Program-made: the position numbers and the translations under genes
In this document: positions 18,373 to 27,433 of the stretch, piece after piece
Layout of the letters: every line of letters starts with the position of its first letter
Position numbering within the stretch: the stretch's first letter is position 1
The notes under the pieces: model-generated
The model's input: the letters and a program-made list of their open reading frames with translations, nothing else
The model's database searches: none
Told to the model about the DNA's origin: nothing
Assembly (NCBI GenBank): GCA_020725385.1
Contig: DYFC01000004.1
Location: 1-33,577, forward strand
Origin: Nitrospira japonica
GTDB lineage: Bacteria; Nitrospirota; Thermodesulfovibrionia; Thermodesulfovibrionales; SM23-35
Reading direction: 5' to 3'
Length of the DNA: 33,577 nucleotides

Positions 18373-21110
18373 TCAATATTTTTTTGCGCTGAACCATACT
18401 TTCTTTTTAAATAAACATAAAATCCAGATTGATATTGTTAATATAGTTATAATTAATCCAATATAGAAACTTAATGGTCTGTAATAAAAAATCACATCAT
18501 TCTTGCCTTCTTTAAGCTCAACGCCTCTTAAAATACCAAATGTTTTTATAATCTTCCCTTCTTTTCCGTTAACTTTGACATTCCACCCCGGATAATATAA
18601 ATCACTTAAGACAAGAAGTCCGCCACGTGTTTCCACTTCCAATTTAATCTCACAAGGTGAATATTTCACCATCTTAATTTTTTCTCCGGTAATACCTTCA
18701 GCCTGCAAATTATTAAAGTTCGGAGCTGACATATTTATGAGAGCGGTATCTCTGAAATTAGTGCCATTCTGCAATTTATTTATCACATCATTGAGATTGT
18801 CCGCTTCCATTGTCTTATAAAGCATAAAAGCTCTATCCATAACATTTTTGTTTTCATAAACATATACACCATTGTAGATTCCTTTAAATTCTATTGATTT
18901 TATCTCATTTTCATGTTGTTTCAAAAGTTTTTCGTTCAACTCCTTTTCTTTCTCATATCCCGGTGAAGGTCCAAAATCACCCATTAATATCTCGCTATTC
19001 CCGTTTCCCTCTATTTTTATATTAACAATTTTACCCGAATAATCAGAAACATCCAGCCATATTTCTTTCCACTTTTCACCATCTAATTGGAATTCCGTTG
19101 ATTTATTATTTATTAATATTTTTACCTTTCCTTTTACGTTCGGAGCCGGTTCTTTCATTAAAAAACTGCCGGCAATAAAAGGTTCCGCTATTTTAACTTT
19201 AGTCTTAAAAACAAAACTTCTCGAGAAAAATAAGGAAAAACGCTTTTCATTATCTTTCTCAAAAAATCCATAATTCGCATTCCCCTCGATAGAATGTTCG
19301 ATCATTGAATTAAAAAAACGAACCCATCTTAAATAATTCACATGTAATTTTACTTTTTGATTTATCTTTGTCATATCTATCCCTTCTCTGCTTAGTATAT
19401 ATCTAACACCCAAAAGATCTATAAAAGGTGACGTCGCAGAAAATAAAGCATCGGGATTGTTTGTATAAGGTATGCTGAAACTTATAAGATTTTCAAAAAA
19501 AGTATAATAATCACCGGGCAATAAAACACTTATAGCCCTAAAGTCATAAAGACCAAAAGCATTACTCGTAAGAGGAGGCAAAGAGTTTCCATCTCCTATA
19601 ATTCTATCAGGATTTTTATTCCGGACCATTTTAATTAAAAAGTTTTCTTTATAAGGTTCAATCCTTTCAGGGTGGTCTTTGGGCATATATAGAAACAATT
19701 CCAGGAGGAGCATAATAAATATAACATAACCCGATATTTTTCTGTTTTTAGACAAATTAACAAATAAAAGAAGGATAAATAATGCAGAAATTGTACAAAA
19801 TAAGACAATTAACAGATATTGCCTGTTTTGTAAAGGACATATTTTATAAATATAAAAGAAATAGAAAACCACTATAGATAATAGAATAAATATAGAAAAG
19901 TTAATTCTTTTTTTCCCCCGATCTTCCTGCAAAAATTTATCAAGAGCTGCTGCCGATATAACAGCAATGGAAAAATACAACATTGCATTATACTTAAGGA
20001 ACTCAATACTTCTTATAATTGGCAAACCGGAAATAACATTTGCAGGAATAATTCCATAAATTATTAAAATAAATCCTATCGAAAAAAATGAAAAAGGAGC
20101 AAATTTAATAAAAAGTTTTCTGTTTAAAAAAGAATATATAAAAAGTATAATTACAACCATAGATGAATGTGGCAATAGTAGTCCCTGTTTTAAATCCAGC
20201 CAGGAATTGTAAAAATAATTTTTAAATCCCAGAAATAATGGCTGAATAAAAGAAATAGATGATATTAATGGTAAAGTATGGCTTGAAGCACCTGTTCTTA
20301 TAGCCTTTGCAATTGGAGATGCCTCTAAATAAAGTTCTACAAATGGCAAAATAACAACACAGGCCATTAAGATACCGGACAAAATAACTATAGAAGAATT
20401 CCATCCCTCTTTTGAAAATTCTTTTCGTGATTTTTTAATGATGCCTTTCCATAAAGCGTATGGGACAAAAAGAAGAGTCCCCATTATAACTTCCGGGGTT
20501 TTGCCTGCAATCAAAGCAAAAGCAAAAAAAAGCGAAGCAAAAAAACCCGAAATTATATCTTTTTCTTCGCTCCATTTTTCATAGAAATAAAAAACAGCGG
20601 GCAAATACATTACTGTGCTTAGGGGATGCAGATTTATCCACCACACAGAATATCCGGATAGCATAAAAAAAGAAGCTCCAAACAAAGACGAAAGATCCAG
20701 GAGCTTTAATTTTTTCAAAAAAAGATATGTGAATAGCCCCATTACAAAAAGGCGTAAGAGGAAAAAAATATCCTGTAAATATGGGTTAGGATGAAGGTTT
20801 AAAAATATTTTTAAAAGATTAAATATTTCTGAATTTAGATTGCCGGCAAGTGGAATTCCCGATCCTTCATAAGGATTCCATAACGGGAAATCGTTTTTAT
20901 TTAAAATATCTTTAACAATATATGGCGCTGGCTCATTTACATATGCACTGCCTGCTATATCAAAACTAAAAGGCAGGATATTTTCACCGGATAAGGAAGA
21001 ATTTAAGTTTGAATTTGTGAGAAAAGGAGAAGTAGATAATGTTTTCCCGCAGAAAACAACATCATAAAAAAAGACTAAAATGAAAAAAAAAGAAAGAAAA
21101 TATTTTTCAT
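18373..21110 (-). CDS. YfhO-family membrane glycosyltransferase (GT-C); start codon out of frame by 1 nt
   Basis: The frame of ORF 18373..20742 stays open upstream to 21111 and encodes FYDVVF...PLWNPYEGSGIPLAGN. The C-terminus has SDLYYPGW...LRGVEL...FYYRP. The natural ATG (21110) is out of frame across A5/T9 homopolymers. Confidence 0.8.
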
Positions 21111-21159
21111 CTCAATTTTGGAGAAATATTGAATATTTTAATAATATTAATTATTTTTG

Positions 21160-21195
21160 GGGAGAGCATCTATTTTTTAATTTAGATGCTCTCCC
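21160..21195. terminator. Perfect 13-bp-stem hairpin just downstream of the CARDB gene (terminator or mRNA 3' stabiliser)
   Basis: GGGAGAGCATCTA-N10-TAGATGCTCTCCC; no classical U-tract on the minus strand. Confidence 0.5.
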
Positions 21196-21206
21196 TGCTT
21201 ATGAAC

Positions 21207-22295
21207 TTAATTGCCTACCGTAAAATATCTAGAATAAGTATTATTGTTTTCATTGGTTTCAGCTATCACTCCCTGTGAATCTGCCTGCCCTACAAAATAA
21301 TATGTATAATGTACTACCATATGAGATAATGTTAATGTTACGGCTCTCTGAATACTTGTACCTGCTGCAAGACCTGATAAATTCCATGTATCAATAAGTG
21401 TGCCTCCAGGAGTTTGAGATGTATTCGCATAAATCTTCACAGTGAATGCGCCGGCATTTTCGCTGCCCTGATTACTGACTGTTATAGTCAAATTAAAGGG
21501 AGAGTTATTATTAATGATCGAAGGAGCTTTAATACTGCTAACTATTAAATCAACCTGTGTGCTTTGAGTTTTTTGAGCCGAACAACTATCATTAGAGCCT
21601 CCGTTTATTCCATAACATGTCCAGTACCATGGTCCATTACCGGTAACCGAGCTTGCATTTCCTGCGCTACAAAGATTACTTGTTGGCGGAGATGCAAATG
21701 TTTGACCGTTAGCAGAACCACATACACCGTTTATTATTCTATTAGCAGTACAAGCAGCATTTTGTCCACCATTTATACCTTCACAACTCCAGAGCCAGTA
21801 ATTTCCTGAAGAAGTTACAGTCGTTGGATTACCCGAACTACATAGACCGCTACTCGGGGCTGATGCATATGAGCCACCACTGGCAGAGCCACACACTCCG
21901 TTTGTTGTACGATTTACGTTTATTTCGATCTTGTTTGTTTGCAAACTACTCGAATTAATTAGCAGAAGATATGTCAAATGTGACACATCATCATAAAAAA
22001 TACTAAAAAACTCACTATCAAGTGCTGACAAAATCTTATAGCTCCCATCCTGCTCGGGAGGTGTAATTTCTGATCCATTATTTTTCACAGTAACAATATT
22101 ATTCGGGGTTAAAGCAGCATCAGGGAAATCCCTCACTTCAAGATATGCATCATAAGTTAAAGTTGCATTTTGTTTTGTGTAAACTCTGACAATAACATCA
22201 TTATTTGTATCAATAACACTTGCTTCATATGCTAATGATACAGAAATCATACAGGCACAAAACAAAGTAGCCATTAATAAGACAATCTTTTTCAT
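21207..22295 (-). CDS. Secreted protein with two Cys-rich repeats and a C-terminal CARDB domain
   Basis: Signal peptide MKKIVLL...SLA; SD AAGGAGG; 2x NGVCGSAxG...LCSxG...WxWxCxGINGGxNxxCxA; CARDB motifs DLIVSSI, VSNQGSENAGAF, ADSQGVIAETNENNN. Confidence 0.82.
   Translation of the reverse strand: MKKIVLLMATLFCACMISVSLAYEASVIDTNNDVIVRVYTKQNATLTYDAYLEVRDFPDAALTPNNIVTVKNNGSEITPPEQDGSYKILSALDSEFFSIFYDDVSHLTYLLLINSSSLQTNKIEINVNRTTNGVCGSASGGSYASAPSSGLCSSGNPTTVTSSGNYWLWSCEGINGGQNAACTANRIINGVCGSANGQTFASPPTSNLCSAGNASSVTGNGPWYWTCYGINGGSNDSCSAQKTQSTQVDLIVSSIKAPSIINNNSPFNLTITVSNQGSENAGAFTVKIYANTSQTPGGTLIDTWNLSGLAAGTSIQRAVTLTLSHMVVHYTYYFVGQADSQGVIAETNENNNTYSRYFTVGN
21573..21902 (-). repeat. Intragenic tandem duplication, two ~57-aa four-Cys modules
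   Basis: NGVCGSA starts at 21902 and 21731 (171-nt period). Confidence 0.85.
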
Positions 22296-22327
22296 TTAGG
22301 TCCTCCTTCGTATGGTTTAATTTTATA

Positions 22328-22354
22328 TTGACCAAAATATAACCTTTTTGTCAA
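22328..22354. promoter_or_regulatory. Inverted repeat upstream of the CARDB gene (possible operator overlapping a TTGACA)
   Basis: TTGACCAAAA-tataacc-TTTTTGTCAA. Confidence 0.4.
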
Positions 22355-22477
22355 CCAAAAAATACATTGCTTATTAATTTTAAAAAATAATTATTTCAAT
22401 AAGTTATCGTACATTTTTAAATGTATTACTATAAATATTTAAGAAATTGCTTGAACAGCCCGTTTTAGGCCTAAAAA

Positions 22478-22526
22478 AAGCTGTAAAAGCCAATAAGCTA
22501 ACAAGCTTGCAAGCTGGAAAGCTGCT
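22478..22526. repeat. Degenerate 8-mer tandem array (AAGCYNNN)
   Basis: AAGC recurs at 22478, 22487, 22495, 22503, 22511 and 22519. Confidence 0.7.
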
Positions 22527-22530
22527 TCAG

Positions 22531-22560
22531 AAAGATTCCTCGCTTTGCCCGGAATGACAG
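22531..22560 (-). repeat. REP-like dispersed element half-site
   Basis: Minus strand CTGTCATTCCGGGCAAAGCGAGGAATCT resembles the GTCATTCCGAGCGAAGCGAGGAATCT-type intergenic palindromic repeats; only one arm is present. Confidence 0.5.
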
Positions 22561-22659
22561 AGAGTAAGGGATTCGAAATAATAGATGAATGGTTTTGGAT
22601 GATAAGAAATTGCGAAATATCGTCTTGATCGAGGTCCATTTTTCCTGGATAATCAAATA

Positions 22660-23052
22660 CTACATAAGCATGATGTGCCACCATTTTCCATTTTCATAAA
22701 TCCATTTATCAGTAAGAATATCCCTTGAAGTCTTACCGATTCCCGGCAGTGAAAAATTAAATTCAACATCAATTAAAGCGGTTTCTTTTTCTATTCTTAA
22801 ATTGCTTAACTTGAAATTTTTTATACCAACTTTTAAAATTCCGGTTGCTATATTTTTGTAAGCCTCAAAAGCAGGCAGGTTCTCTTTATACTCTAACTTG
22901 TAGCTTTTATTGAAATCACCTTCAATTCTCAACTTCCAGTATTCTTCCGCGATACTTCTTAAGAATTCTTCGTTCTTTTCATGAACTGTTGCACAACCGT
23001 AATTTATAAAAAGCAAAGCAAAAATCAATAAATAGACTATTTTTCTTTCCAT
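22660..23052 (-). CDS. Small lipoprotein, unknown function
   Basis: Lipobox INYG-C; overlaps the FG-GAP gene end; C-terminal DKWIYENGKWWH. Confidence 0.7.
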   Translation of the reverse strand: MERKIVYLLIFALLFINYGCATVHEKNEEFLRSIAEEYWKLRIEGDFNKSYKLEYKENLPAFEAYKNIATGILKVGIKNFKLSNLRIEKETALIDVEFNFSLPGIGKTSRDILTDKWIYENGKWWHIMLM

Positions 23053-24314
23053 ATTAATTTAAATGCCCTGATACCATTATTGTCATTTGTTTCAATTCCT
23101 TGATTGAAAACAATTAATACTGAACCATCTTTATTTTTTCGTGCTTTTAAATCAAAAACTCCTGACAGATATTTTTCCGGAAGATTATAATTTCCTAAAA
23201 ATATCCACTCCATATCACTTTCTCTATATTTATATATCTTTAATCCATCTTTTGTAAGCGCAATAATTTCCTTTTTATTATCTCCATCAATATCTTCAAG
23301 GTCATAAGCCAGTATCTCCGAATTTATTGTCTCAAGCCCTTTTGATATATCCTTAAATGCATTTTCTTTCCATTTTAAAGCAACAAGACGTCCTATAGAT
23401 CTGGCTCCAAGTTGCGCCACCTTAAAAACTATTTCATCAAATCCATCTCCGTCAATATCTTTTGTGCGAACCAGATAAACATCCTCATCAGGTTTTATAT
23501 AAAGGTCGCCTTCATATGATTTACATAAACCATCACTATAACAAAACCATACAGGTTTCATAAAATCCCTTCTACATTGCGGGGCTATTAATATATCCTT
23601 TATCCTGTCGCCATTTACATCACCAACAGCCATGTAGTCTCCAAATTGTTTCTGGCTACCTTCAATTATTTTCGTCTCCCATCCTTTTCCTTCTTTATTA
23701 AATCCAATAAATACTCCGCATTGGTCCGCCACCCCGCTGAAATTAAATTCTGATAGGGCTACGATATCTTTCCAGCCATCGTTATTCATATCAACTACTT
23801 CAATAACCCTTGAGATACATTTCTTATCAACCGGTAGTTTCATTTCCGAAAACATGCCATTATCCCGGAACAGGATTTTTATATCACTTGAATGCATTGC
23901 AAGAGCAATATCCGGGTTCCCATCATTGTTTAAATCATCTACTGCAACTCCACCGTAACTATAACCCCCTCCCTTAGGAAAAATAAAATCCCCTTCAATC
24001 CATTTTCCATTTTTTTCATCCCATAAAAATATAAAAGGTCTGTTTTTATTTTCTTCGGCTTTTCTTGGAGGCGGGGCAACAATGTCAAGCCATCCGTCAT
24101 TATTAATGTCTTCTAAAACAATATTCTGTCTCCAGAGACCATTAGACGGCAAACCAGCAGATATATCATTGATGATTATTTTGTCTGGATATTCTAAAGA
24201 GGATTTCTTGATTACCGAACATCCAGTCGATAATAACAATAATAAAGTAATTAAAGAGAAAAAAAAGAGGGATGATTTACATCCCTCTTTTACAATCATT
24301 TTTACTATTTTCAA
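23037..24314 (-). CDS. FG-GAP/VCBS-repeat beta-propeller lipoprotein
   Basis: Lipobox LSTG-C; six Ca-binding loops: DINNDGWLD, DLNNDGNPD, DMNNDGWKD, DVNGDRIKD, DIDGDGFDE, DIDGDNKKE. Confidence 0.85.
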   Translation of the reverse strand: MKIVKMIVKEGCKSSLFFFSLITLLLLLSTGCSVIKKSSLEYPDKIIINDISAGLPSNGLWRQNIVLEDINNDGWLDIVAPPPRKAEENKNRPFIFLWDEKNGKWIEGDFIFPKGGGYSYGGVAVDDLNNDGNPDIALAMHSSDIKILFRDNGMFSEMKLPVDKKCISRVIEVVDMNNDGWKDIVALSEFNFSGVADQCGVFIGFNKEGKGWETKIIEGSQKQFGDYMAVGDVNGDRIKDILIAPQCRRDFMKPVWFCYSDGLCKSYEGDLYIKPDEDVYLVRTKDIDGDGFDEIVFKVAQLGARSIGRLVALKWKENAFKDISKGLETINSEILAYDLEDIDGDNKKEIIALTKDGLKIYKYRESDMEWIFLGNYNLPEKYLSGVFDLKARKNKDGSVLIVFNQGIETNDNNGIRAFKLIWKEK

Positions 24315-24360
24315 CTTATTTTTTCTTATCCCTTCTTAGTTAAAAACTAACCAAAAGTTC

Positions 24361-25503
24361 TTATGGTTGAACTGAAACTGTGCAAGCTGCGCTGTTTCCT
24401 ACACCCTGAGCATAACCATTTTGAGTACCCGAGCAATATATTCTGTGAATTTCATGAATTACATCCCAGCTTAATGCAGCGCTGTTAGCCCATGCTCTCT
24501 GATATGCCCAGCCATATATTGAATAGAAAGGATACTGATTAACAAAATCTAAACCATCATTGGCTGTTCCGAGAATTGATATAGTAGCAGGATTAATTAT
24601 TCTTGTACCTGCTTCGGAGATATCAAGCATTGCAAAACCACCGCATGAATTGTTCGGGAAATTGCAACCAACTTTTAAATCATTGGGCAGATGTTCGAGA
24701 ACATCAATTAAGTTGAGCTCATCCGGAATTGAAATATGTAATGAACGGCAAATTTCATCTTCATTACAAATGTTTCCATCCAGGAATCTTGTTACATTGT
24801 ACATAACAGGGTTAACGCCTTTAAGTTCATTTCTACCTGCAAGGATTATCCACCAGTTGAATGTATCATCTTTATCATTGAGGAGTAAAAATCTCGGGAA
24901 TAGGCTATATGCTGTTACAGCCCTTGAACCGCCATCTTCACCCATGAAAAGACCTGTTCCATCTTCTGCTGATACACCATTAAATCCGGATGCAAAACCT
25001 TTGTTAAGATCTACAAGATAACCCCAGGGGATAAATCTGTTGTCTGTGCTTGTAAGCTGCTGGTAAACAACATAACCTGCAAATAATGGCATTGATGCGC
25101 CGCTCTGTAAAGGCATATCTACTCTCATCATTGAACGTTTTGAAGAAGGAGCATTTTTAACGATGTCTTTGCAGTTGTCAACTACGACATCATATTTTGT
25201 CCATTTTCTTGTGTCATCATATACGAGTTGTGATTTGCTGTTGTAGATAAGCATCTTTGCTTTTACTACATAATTTGAATCCGGGGCAGGAAGAGCAGAA
25301 CCGTCTTTAATTTCAGCTATCGCAATATTTGTATTTAAACCACCGAAAACAGGATTGTTCTGGGCATCCAGAGACCCTTCACAAATAATCGGTATTATAA
25401 CATCCTGACCGGGAACAGCATCGTTATCGGAAAGTCTCGCATTTGCTGTTCCAAAGCTAACAACTAACATAGTTAGCATCAATACTAAAATCAGTTTTTT
25501 CAC
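24361..25503 (-). CDS. Secreted protein of unknown function; candidate major surface/S-layer protein
   Basis: GTG start with SD AAGGAGGT (25511-25518), SPI signal peptide ending TANA, beta-rich and Asn/Gly-rich, several Cys, no catalytic motif recognised. The functional call is inference. Confidence 0.6.
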   Translation of the reverse strand: MKKLILVLMLTMLVVSFGTANARLSDNDAVPGQDVIIPIICEGSLDAQNNPVFGGLNTNIAIAEIKDGSALPAPDSNYVVKAKMLIYNSKSQLVYDDTRKWTKYDVVVDNCKDIVKNAPSSKRSMMRVDMPLQSGASMPLFAGYVVYQQLTSTDNRFIPWGYLVDLNKGFASGFNGVSAEDGTGLFMGEDGGSRAVTAYSLFPRFLLLNDKDDTFNWWIILAGRNELKGVNPVMYNVTRFLDGNICNEDEICRSLHISIPDELNLIDVLEHLPNDLKVGCNFPNNSCGGFAMLDISEAGTRIINPATISILGTANDGLDFVNQYPFYSIYGWAYQRAWANSAALSWDVIHEIHRIYCSGTQNGYAQGVGNSAACTVSVQP

Positions 25504-25597
25504 TTTCTAAACCTCCTTTTTACTTTAAATTTACTTTTGCCTTAGTCTGCAGCTAAGAAAACCCTCAAATACTCCCTTTATACTATAGCTTTAAGTA

Positions 25598-25607
25598 TCA
25601 CCTCCTT
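25598..25607 (-). promoter_or_regulatory. Start-codon-less perfect SD (AAGGAGGTGA) in the 5' leader; possible mRNA-stabilising element
   Basis: Full anti-SD complement ~95 nt upstream of the start, followed by TACTTAAAGCTATAG with no ATG/GTG/TTG at normal spacing. Confidence 0.45.
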
Positions 25608-25700
25608 CGCTTCTAAATATCTCTACAATCTTAAATGCTATCAATGATAGCTTATAACTATGAATTGACTCCCACTGCTCAAATAAATATCTTTGCGTAA

Positions 25701-25729
25701 ATTGTAAATGAAGGAGTCACCTTTGTCAA
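25701..25729 (-). promoter_or_regulatory. Near-consensus sigma70 promoter P1
   Basis: TTGACA (25724-25729)-N17-TACAAT (25701-25706). Confidence 0.7.
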
Positions 25730-25771
25730 GTATTTTTTTAATAATTTTTCCTTATCATTCTATAGTTAGCA

Positions 25772-25801
25772 AGTATAACCATATTATTATTCACGTGTCA
25801 A
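25772..25801 (-). promoter_or_regulatory. Near-consensus sigma70 promoter P2
   Basis: TTGACA (25796-25801)-N18-TATACT (25772-25777). Confidence 0.6.
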
Positions 25802-25833
25802 GTACTTTAAATAAATAAATTTTAAAAATTTAA

Positions 25834-25849
25834 AGCAAGAAACAGGCCA
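25834..25849 (-). promoter_or_regulatory. Sigma54 (-24/-12) promoter
   Basis: TGGCCTGTTTCTTGCT = TGGC-N7-TTGC(T), correct spacing, oriented toward the 380-aa gene. Confidence 0.6.
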
Positions 25850-26014
25850 TATCAAAATACTAAATAAATTACTGTTTTGCTTTAATATTATATAGCTTGG
25901 TTGTGTATTTTATGCATCATTACTGTGTTTTTTACATTAAAATATAAATACATAAAAAAATCTAAAACTAAATTTTAACATTTCAAATATATTTTGATTA
26001 TAAGATTCCTCCGC

Positions 26015-26049
26015 TTCACATTTTACGGTTCACGTTTTACACTTACGGT
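26015..26049. repeat. Degenerate heptamer array
   Basis: TTCACAT TTTACGG TTCACGT TTTACAC (TTACGGT). Confidence 0.55.
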
Positions 26050-26097
26050 AAAGCTTGATAGCTTGTTAATTTTTAAATTTGCATTTTCTGGTCGGAG

Positions 26098-27294
26098 CTA
26101 AACAATTAATGACAATCCACTGAATTCATCTGCTCTTGTATCCATCGAATTTCCATAGACATCTTTTCCGGTAAATTTAAAAACAATATGGGATGGATCA
26201 ATTGTTGCGTTCGCAGATGAATTCTGGCTTATCTGAAAAGTTACCTGCGCTGTGAGATCATCTTCGTTATAGATAACATATAGAGGGTGCGGCAGTAGAT
26301 AAACTTCTGTAGAAGAAAGCGGCATTCCCCAGTTATATCCTCCGCCCGGACTGGTAACAGGCGCTCTGCTTATCTGCCAGTTCATTATATTTCGAACAGA
26401 AGCCGGATCCATATCTTTGTTGAAAACAAAGTTCATTGTAAAAAGCCTGGAAGACCCTGCTTGAGATAATGAAGGATACAATGAAGAAACAGGAGTATTA
26501 GGTCCGCGTGTGGTTATAAATCCATCTGTATTATAGACAGCAAAAATTTTTGGTGATGATTTTTGATATATGTAACTATCAAGCAGTGTGGCTGAATCCG
26601 CATCATCAAGATTATTCAATATTTTTAATTGAGCTTTTGCGCTGTCAATATCACCCATATCAGCATAGGCATATCCTATATCCACATAAGCGTAATTGAA
26701 GTCCCTTTTCAATTCAAGTGTCCTCTGAAAATATTTTATAGCATCTTGATATTTCCCAAGTTTATAACTAAGTTTTCCTAACCCGTAATATCCGGAATAA
26801 TTTTGCGGGGCAATCTGAATAATTTTTCTAAAAGCATCTTCTGCTTTATCATACTTTTGTGTTTCAAGATATGTTTGTCCCAGAGAATACCAGTTTTTTA
26901 CTGATTGGGAGTTAATTCTTAACGCTGTTTCATATTCTTTTTCTGCTTCATCATAACGTTTTAGATCAAAAAATACATTTCCAAGACTTACATGTAACGA
27001 ATCATCCGAAGAAGAAATTTTTATAGCCGATTTATAAGCATTAATTGCTTCTTCTGTCTTGCCGAGTCTGAGATAGGCTAATGCCTGAAAATTATATGCT
27101 TTTGCGGCATTTTCTGTATTCGGTGAAAGAGCGGTTACTCTCTTGAATTCTTCGAGCGAACTCTCATAATTGCCTTTTTGATATTGATCGATACCACGCG
27201 AAAGAGCTGCATTAACAACCACATCAACATTAACACTACTCTGAACTATAGCTGAAAATATTTTATTAGCACTATCTTCTATTTGTATTTCCAT
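26098..27294 (-). CDS. TPR-repeat protein with beta-rich (Ig-like?) C-terminal domain
   Basis: About 6 TPRs in aa ~25-235; C-terminal FVFNKDMDPASV motif reminiscent of Big_5-like domains; no signal peptide seen. Confidence 0.8.
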   Translation of the reverse strand: MEIQIEDSANKIFSAIVQSSVNVDVVVNAALSRGIDQYQKGNYESSLEEFKRVTALSPNTENAAKAYNFQALAYLRLGKTEEAINAYKSAIKISSSDDSLHVSLGNVFFDLKRYDEAEKEYETALRINSQSVKNWYSLGQTYLETQKYDKAEDAFRKIIQIAPQNYSGYYGLGKLSYKLGKYQDAIKYFQRTLELKRDFNYAYVDIGYAYADMGDIDSAKAQLKILNNLDDADSATLLDSYIYQKSSPKIFAVYNTDGFITTRGPNTPVSSLYPSLSQAGSSRLFTMNFVFNKDMDPASVRNIMNWQISRAPVTSPGGGYNWGMPLSSTEVYLLPHPLYVIYNEDDLTAQVTFQISQNSSANATIDPSHIVFKFTGKDVYGNSMDTRADEFSGLSLIV

Positions 27295-27433
27295 TTTTTT
27301 ATCCTATACGAACCTAAACCTAAGGCTTTTTAGGTATCATTTAGACTCTTAATCCACATATTGTCACAAAACATTTAAATTCATATCTATTTTTCGGAAT
27401 AAAAAAGAGATTTCTTTAATTTATTATGTACTT

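Noticed and set aside
22478-22526. Possible CRISPR array
   Set aside because: Units are 8 nt with no spacers; no cas genes
22439-22684. 81-aa ORF on the minus strand
   Set aside because: Its 3' half is a translation of the REP-like element and AAGCT array (LSVIPGKARNL...ASLLAYWLLQL); no SD or recognisable domain
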